A stretch of 64,000 nt of DNA from Endomicrobiales bacterium (GTDB lineage: Bacteria; Elusimicrobiota; Endomicrobiia; Endomicrobiales; CAWCFT01): positions 117,714 through 181,713 of the forward strand of contig CAWCFT010000006.1 in NCBI GenBank assembly GCA_963794945.1. Reading direction: 5' to 3'. The notes beneath the pieces are model-generated. The model had not been told where the DNA came from, searched no databases, and was given only the letters and a program-made list of their open reading frames with translations. Position numbers and translations under genes: made by a program. Each line of letters opens with the position of its first letter. Positions within the stretch are counted from its first letter, which is position 1. Shown here piece by piece: positions 47,701 to 56,700 of this stretch.

Positions 47701-50700
47701 ATTCTCGCGCGCAACGGCCGCCGGAGAGGAATACTGTTTACGGGCAAGCATAACATTATTGATGTAATAACAGAAGCTCTTGAGTTGTTAGCGGCCCTTC
47801 CGCCCATAAAAGATACCGCGCAAGCCAGCGCTAAAGCGGCTGAAGCTACTATTAAAGCAACTGAACCAAAAGTTGTGATAGAAGATCTAGTTGACAGGGC
47901 ATGGAAAGACAAAACAAGCAAGTTGAATTTTGCCAAGAAAAAAGTGAATAAAATCATTAAAGAAATTGTTAGTAGCTATTCGCTGGTTATTATATCTCAG
48001 CATCACTTTGTATTCCCTATTGACACGGATTCTTTTGTATTCTCCGCAGTTACATACAAGCGGCTAATAAAAGAAGCAGAAAAGCAGGGCAGGAGCGTGG
48101 AACTTATCTCCGATCCGGAAAAAGCGAAGAATGACGGCAAGCTTTATATCTGTCTATTTCCGATATCTGCTATTAACTCGGGGTATATGGATGAAGATAA
48201 AAACAAACTTAATCTCGCTGAGCTTGAAGGCAAAAGAGCGCTTTTTGTTGGAGATGTCAATTTTGGAAACGCGGCACCCTACAAAAGAAACAAATCCTTT
48301 GGTTTTGACACTATAGTCGTACAGGACCATCATAAATGGCCGGATGATCTAGTTGCCAAACTGGACGAATATAGTGATGATAAAACTATTTATTTAAATA
48401 CTCATCTGTTTTTTGATGACAAATTAGCCGATGCGTATTGTTCAGGCGCGTTCCAATCAGATCTGTTAAGCACAAACCGCAGCAACTGGGACCAATTCAT
48501 GAAGCAGTTGGCCCTTGTTGGCGACCAGTATTATCGTCGCGATTTCCCAAATTATATGAAGGGTGTAAATATAGAAGAAGCCAGGTATATTTCGGATATG
48601 CTTTCTCTGTTAGGCCCGCGCTTAGCGGAGCTAAAACCTGACAAGAATGAACAAAGAGAAGTGTTGATGAAAGTAGTGCAGATTATGGCTCAATCAAAGG
48701 ATTTCAAAGAGCTCAAGACAAAATTAACGGAAACGCTTAGCGATGAATTAGGCAAAGATTTTATACTCTATTACGATAACGTAATAGCATTAGTTGAAAA
48801 ATCCATAGAAGTTTTTCTTGCATCAAAGGAAAAGATTGTTTTTTATAAGATTGATCTGCCTGGCGACCTTACTGTGACAGTTAGTAAAATGGCCAACGAC
48901 CGTTTAAGCTACCGCAAGCAGTTTGGATATAGGGCGCTGGCGCATTATCAGATACTTCCAGAAGGTGAAGTCGGTTTTTGTATTGCGCGGGGTAAGAATA
49001 ATGAAAATATTGACGTAAGCGAGCCCTGTATCAATGGCCCTGAAGGAGTTAACTGGGGCGGAGGGCATGAGAACAGAGCCGGGTTTCGCACCATAAACGC
49101 AAATCCGGAAGTAAAAAAGAAAATTCAAGCCTGGTGGGGCCCTGAAAAAAACCCGCAGAAGGTCCTTGATTTTGTCAAAGCCAATATTGAGAACCAGTAC
49201 AAAAAACAACAAAATAATGCTGTTACAAAAGGAAAGGTAATCTGGATAAACGACATTCCCAGCAGGCCTGACCTGATTGAACAACAACTCAGCGGCAGTA
49301 TGTTGAATTCCAGCAAAGAATCAGTGGTCGTTTTTGAACATCTGGATGAAGAACTTCTCACATTGTATAGGAAGGTGGCAAGAGGAGAGATTTCCCCTTC
49401 AAGACTGAGCGATAACCGCTTCATAAAAGAAATATTCAAACACAAAGAAGAGGAATTGGAAAACTTCAAAACTGAAACAGCGTTCATGCACTTGAAAGTG
49501 CTTTACGCGCTGTATTCCCTGGGAAAAACTATTAATGTCGAAACAACGCCTGACAACACATATGAAACTGACCAGGCAACGCACTTGATATCAGAATCTG
49601 AAAACCAGGCTGCAAATGTGTTTTGCAATGGCGACACTGATAGAGCCGCGGAGGAATTGAAATTATGCCTGGAAGCGGCCGGGCCGGCTGCCGTTGAACG
49701 GGATGAAATAATTCATTCATATATCAATGAACTTTACGCCAGAAACCCGGCCTTAAATTTAATAATCGTTCGCGAAGCAATGAATTTTGGCCTTGCGAAG
49801 CAGCTGAAAACAGAAGGTTTTGACGTGGCGCTGAAATGGTGGAAACCGCGCATACAGGGCTTGCGGATGGACCAGATGGCGGTGCTATTAAGCAAGTATT
49901 TGATAGAAAAAGAGATGGGCAAAACAACAGTGAAATTACCGGAAGAAAAGATAAAAATGAAGCTTTTGCGCTACCTTGTGGGAACTTTACTGCGCCCCGC
50001 CTACGCCAGAGAAAGAGAAATAAAGGTCCTTGAGCAAACAATAAACAATATAACCGGCAGGCTGGATTTAAAAGACCTGGAAGAGCTTTCAAAATATATT
50101 TCAAAACGCATAGATGAAACCGATGAAGACATGGGCCAGATAAAAACATCTGTTCTGAAAAACGGGCCAAAGAAAAACAATTATTTTGACCTGTATCAAG
50201 CAAAGAAAAATGCGGTCATAGCGGGTTATATTTTACGCTGGCTGATAGACAGCGGAAAAATACATGAGCGCGAGTTTAATTATTTCCCCTACTTGAATTA
50301 TTTTATAACTGAATTTAAGCCGGAAGCCGGCGAGGCTGACTCTATTGTGATATCCAACAACATCCCAAGGCCCGGCTCCGATAGGCAGGCAATGGACGAA
50401 ATTATTCAGGAATTGTTAAAAACCCCCGAATCAAATATAAAAATAATTAACCAGGCCTATGAATTTGCCAGGGAAGCCTACAAGGGGCGCATAAAAGCTG
50501 ATGGAGAGCCGCTGATATACCACGCGGCGCGGGTGGCGCATATTTTGATGTTCGAGCTGGGCTGCCGCGATGAAGAAGTGCTTGCCGCGGCCTTACTTCA
50601 TGACGTGATAGAAAAAGGAGGGGCCAGCTCGGAACAGTTATCAGCCAAATTCGGCAGTGATATCGCCACGCTGGTCGAATTTGTCTCAAAACCTGACGAG

Positions 50701-53700
50701 CCGGCCACGAATATTGAAAAGGAAAAACGCCTAGCGATGACTATGATAAACCCGCAGGCGCCGCTCAACGCCCATTTGATCAAGTTCATGGAAAAACTTG
50801 ACCATTTCAGGGATTTTGACAGGCTGGCGGATGAATCATATAAGAAAAAGTACATCAAAAGAATGACCAATGTGTTCCTTCCTTTCCTGTTCCAGTCAAG
50901 GCTTTCCGACGCGGTTAAGAAAAAATTCCTGGCTGAACTGATGGTTTTTCCCGCTATAGCGGCGCAAATTCCCGCCGAGCTGAAGCTCATCGTGGCCAAG
51001 CCTGATTATTGGGAGAAAGTTTCCCCTGAAGAAAATGTTTCCGGGAACATTAAAATAGCGCTTAAAGTCGCCCGCGGTTTTATTGGAGAGTTCACGCTGG
51101 AGGATTTCATTAAAGCTTATGACAATGAAGGGTTTAATAATAAATTCCTGAACGGGCACACGATAACTGAAACTTATGCCAGGAAGAACCTTGAGGAGCT
51201 GTCCAACTTGAAATTCGTCGAAATAATAGAAAGAGGCGAAAATACATTTTATAAATGCTTGTCTGTCGCTTCAGGCGGCGATCCGGCGGTAGCTTTTGTG
51301 AAAGAATTTGACAATAAATACACAAGCCTGGGAGTTTCGCGGTACTCCTTGATAGGAAAAGACGGTGATATGTCAGTATTTTTTGACCTTCTGACCGGCC
51401 TTTTCGGCAGGTACGGCCTGGGGCGCGATGAGCGTAAGAAAGAAGGCGAGCGCCTTCTGGGTATATTGTCAAAACTGCCGGAGGCCGAGCGGAAAGAGTT
51501 TATAGATAAGGCCGCCAGGCATTTCGGCCAGTATACATACCTTTCCAGCGGGGCCGGCCGGTATCTTTCGATCATGCTTGCGATAGAGTCCCACCTGAAA
51601 GGCTCGAACATATTTGGCCCCGAAGCCCTTGAGGCGGCAAAAAAACACCTTGAAGGCCTGCAGGTTCCCGATAAAAATTTACTTGATGACGCGATTAAGG
51701 ACGCTCAATCTAGAAATCTTTTGTTCTCCTCCGAAGCAAAGAACTCGCCTCCGGCGCCGGAAACGCTCCTTTTGCCGAATCCAAAAACTACAAGGCGCTA
51801 TCTGGATATAGGCGCCGGCTACAACGCCCTGGGCCTTCGCCTGGGCCAGATGATGTTCGGCAAACGCATCAAATGGGAAGGGACTGATATATTCTTCCCG
51901 GTTTTTGAAGAAAAAGACGGCAAAATCCGTTATCTCGGACAGGAAGCTTTATACAAAAATAATGGAATAACTCTTTATAACGCGGCAGCCGACCCTAACT
52001 CAGATATAGTGCGGCAGGAGTTCGATAAGGGCCCGTACAGGTATATTTCAATAAGCGCGCTTTTCCATCACCTTAAACCGGAAGGAGCAAAGGTTGAACC
52101 AATGCCGGTCGTTGACCTCAGCCGGCAGGAATCCTTGAAGGATTATAAGCTTGTCCTGCGCGGCAAAGGAGGAGACAAAGAATTCGACAGGAAGTATATA
52201 ATGGCCCGCGAACAACAGGATGTCATCGCGCGCGCTTTCAACGCTCTTGAGGACCGCGGCGTTCTTTTTCTTAATTTCGCGCCGTTCTGGTCGATGAGCG
52301 AGCTGTGGTTCGGCAACTCTCCCGAGAAGGTCACTAAAGAAGAGTCTTTACAGTCGATGGACAACGGCCTGACTTATTGGATGATACAGCGCGATGATGC
52401 CAACAAACAATTCATTATTTACGATAATGTGCTTTCGTTCAACGTGGTTTATCCTGACACCTTGGAACGTTTTCTGGATAACAAAAAGATTTTACCCGGA
52501 GATATAAAAGAGGACGCCCGCGCGCTTATACGGCAGGCCGACAGCCTTGTGTTTGCCGCGCAAACCGTTGACCACTCACGCATGAGAGCCGTTTTAAACG
52601 CTTTACAGGAAGCAAAACGCCTGCAAACCAGCCGACAGCCTCTCGGTCTTAGTGCGATACTTGAAGCCTACCTGGCCGAAATTCCTGCTGATAATTCAAC
52701 AAAAATAGATATATTAAAAGCGGCGCAAGAGCTTCCGGGCGCTTCGGTATCCTCAAATAATAGACCGCGAGACAAAAAATTATCTAACAATCAACAAAAC
52801 AGCGAGACACAGACAAAATCAGAAAGCGTTATTGAGCCCCAAGCCGCGCCAAAAGCTTCATATGAGTCATTCAGCCAGGTAAAAAATAAAGAACAATTAT
52901 TAGAGTTACTGAAAGCTGTCGCTTCAGGAAAAGAGGATGTTCCCGTTATATCAATTCAATCGTTATTCGCAGATAGGATCTTTGAAGGAAATAAGACTGC
53001 CGAACTGCGCAAGAGATTCACAAAAAAACCGTTTTCTTATATGCTGCTATATTCTAGCGGAAAAGAAATGAAGTTAAGCGGCGTTATTAAGGTGAAAAAA
53101 GTGCACTTGGATATGTCCGTAGCTGAAATAAAGCAGAGATTCCTGGCACAGTCAATGGATACGGCTCAAGAGGTGGATAGTTATTATGAAAACGCTGACA
53201 AAGGGTGTGTTATAGAGATTGAAGATGCGTTCCGTTTTCGTCAGCCGGTACCGTTAGATGAGCTTAGAAAAGAATTTAATTTCAATGCCCCGCAGAATTT
53301 CATGTTTTTTAATAACCTGCCGGGTGACACTGTTGCAACCGATAAAGACGCCGACTCACAAAGTAATCTTGCGCAAGAAGCACAAGAGCAAAAAGAGAAA
53401 GATACAGTTGCGGCAACATTTATAGAGACAGATGAAATAGTTAAAAATATCAAAAGCGAACAAGATCTGGATAAAATTGTTCCTATATTACGTAAGATAT
53501 TTGAGAATTGCTGGTCAGATAAAACACGCCACCCAGATTACCTTGGTGACGAGCTCCTTTCATCCGGTCAATGCTGGGTTACCGCCCTGGTCCTGGCAAA
53601 AACGTTCGGGTGGGAGTTTTACTACAACAAACAACAACATCAGGCTTCCGTAAGGATAAACAATTTTATCGTAGACCTGACTTCGGATCAGAAAGGTTTT

Positions 53701-56700
53701 GATCGCTACTGGTGGCGTATAGAGAATGCCCCCGCTGTCTACACACATTCAAAACCCATGGAAATATCAAAAGGAATGCTTTCAAACAAACGTTTCAAGA
53801 TACTCATGGAAAGCTTTTCCAAGGAATACAGCAACACAATTCTTACTTCCGGCGCCCGTGCAAATAATACCCCCCCAACCCTGACTTCACCCGCGACAAA
53901 AGCGCTGTTTGCAAAGCTTCATAAAGAGCCTGTTTCATTCTCTGAAATATGGAATATGAGCGTTAAATTCGCCCCCGTTGAGGAAGCAAATAAGGTAGCG
54001 CTTGCTGTTTCTAACAGGCTTGAAAAAACCTTATTTACAGTAGAGCATTTTGCTGGAGCGAGCAATGTTGTTAAGATAAAGGATCCCCGGGTAAACGGTT
54101 ACATAGTTGACCTTGCGAATTCTAAAGTAATTGTTGAACGCCTGAATATGCGCTCAGCTTCAGAACAAGCTTTCTATTTCTCATTCAACGCGAGCCAAAG
54201 GCTTCGAGTTCTTCGACATACCTATGCAAAACTCATGGGGCTACAGAATAATAGGCGATATAGTTGCTATTTATGACACTGCTCCAAATGGAAAAGGCAT
54301 TGTTCAGCTCTATCGTGTTAGTGACACCGGAATAAATGACATAACAGGCCTGAAGAGCTCCAAAGGATATAAACAAAGGCTGTCCGGCCTTAGTTTTATA
54401 GGCCTAATGGTAAATTACATCGCTTCTCCGATAGGGTTTGTGCCCGGTATTTTCTTCCCGGGATTTTCTAAATGGCTTATGCTGCATGTCAATATTCTGT
54501 CCCATCGCATATACAACGCCGCCGCCCTTATATTTGATTGGGCGGCGTTGACTAAAAAACATTATAAAACCCAGAATAAAAGAGCTACGCAAAAAGCCAA
54601 AGCTGTGCTCCGGGAAGCGCTGGCCAACTCCAGGCGGGGGTCGGATGCTGATATTTATGAGTATTCAAATAAACCGCCTTATGATGCCGAAGTCAATGAA
54701 GACGGTATTAAAATACTGGGCAGGTCAATGGAATATTACCCTGTCATTCAGAGCATCATTGCCCGTTTCCAAAATAGGGTAGACCTCGATATGACCCTTG
54801 ACGTTATGGGAGATATTTATGATGAAATATGGGCAAAAATAAAAACAGTTGAATATTTTATTACCAAAGACCGGGAAAAACTCGTTCTTAGCAACATTCA
54901 GCTTCAAAAGACGCTGCTGTGGATCGATGCGGTAACTGAAAATGCTAAAAAAGAACGAACGGTTGTCTTTACACACCAGGTATATTTTCATCCCGGCACA
55001 AGAGAGTCTCAGATAGCCGAAGGGTTGCGGCGGATAGGGCTTAGCGATGAAAATAAGCAACGCGGTAAACCAGGCTTCATCGATGATTTTATAGCGAATG
55101 TAGAAAACCCTCATAATATAGCCAGCCTGGGAGGGCATATTGACCATGTTAAACTGATTATTGATACCCGCGGGTATAAAGAGATAGCCGAAAAGATAAA
55201 AGAAAACATCCCCGCAATAAAGGCAAAATACGGAGACAGGTTTGATATAGTTATTCTTGATGATATTGTAACTAAACCTTCATCGGCCGAAGCCGTAATA
55301 AAAGATATTAAAAGCATGGTGGAAAAATATAGCAAAAGCCGTGTTTTAGGCATTATAGAAGGCACGATCTACAGCCGTTACGTAGGGCTTCTTCTTGAGC
55401 TGAGGTCTTTAGATTATTTCTTCACTAACGGGTTCAAGGTTCTTTCCAGCGGAATAGAGATAGTGGGCGATAACGGCCAATATTTAACAGAACTGGACCA
55501 GGTAGTTGAAAGCCCTGCAGGTAAGACGTATATAGTGGAATGTAAATCCGCGCGCACTCCGCTGACCAAACAAGATGTCTTAAATTCAAAGATATTGTAC
55601 AAACTGGACACTTATAAAAAAGGATGGAACGCCATAGAGCGCGGCATAGGCAGAAAAGTTGATGGAATAAAATTTGTGGTGGACGTAGGGCACAATGAAG
55701 ACCTTATACCGTTTTTTAGAAACAAACAAATAGAATTAAGTGATAAATACGGTTTGCCTGTAGATTTTGTATTTTTGAAATGTATCGACCCGATCCCGCA
55801 GATACCAGGAGGCATTAATATTGTTGACAATGAAACTGAAACCGCGGTGCTGACTCTGCCAAGCACTAAAGGTTCATACAGAAAAGACAAGCCTGGTATA
55901 AAACAAATCGTAAAGAATCTGCTCCAAAACAGTGTAAAGGAAACGGCTCATGTTTCTAATTATATTGAAAGGTCAATCTTTTCAGCTGCCGGGCAACACA
56001 AGAGCGGGCTATTTAACCCCATAACTGCTCCGCAGAAAGTCCTGCTCGGAGCCCTCGACAGGTCGGCCAAACTGAAAGATATTGAACCAGGGCTTGTGGG
56101 TGTCACGCTCTTTAATTTGCAAAACAATGTGGAGAAAGCGGACATTGACAGATCCAAGGAGCTGGCAAACAACGGTTTAACGAACATTTTTGTTACGCCG
56201 GTCACGTCAGCGATAAAAGCCACTGGTAAATCCACATACAGCGATGGGCCGGTCACTTTAACCGCTAATGGGATCCCGTTCACTGTCAAGATCGGAAAAG
56301 TGGATCACGACGACATCAACTCTTCCGTGGCTGTGTATATCGATTTCGCCGGCAAAACCGTTGATAACAATACTCTTGAGCAAGCCGAAAACGAGGTTTT
56401 AAGTGAGCTATACAAAAATACTGTTCTTCAAAATGTTCTAGCCGATTACGGTGCCGTGATAAACCCTCAAGTACCTCCGATAATAACGGGCAGCAGAACC
56501 GCCAATGACGTTAACCCGTTCATTCTTGACCCGGTATTGAGCAAATCGATGTTCGCGGAGCAGATAGGTTCTCGGAGCGCAAATGATTATATTCAGATGC
56601 TCGGCAGGGAGCAGCGTAAAAAAACTATAGAGGCGGCGAGTTTACCGGGCGCTTTCTCCGGCGCGTGGATGGACCTTAAAACAGTCAACAAAGTGGCGTC

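Noticed and set aside
49210..50330. Possible second ChaN/TraB-like domain in giant B (VFEH...ERDE...IIVRE)
   Set aside because: The key GxxH is missing and similarity is too weak to call by eye.
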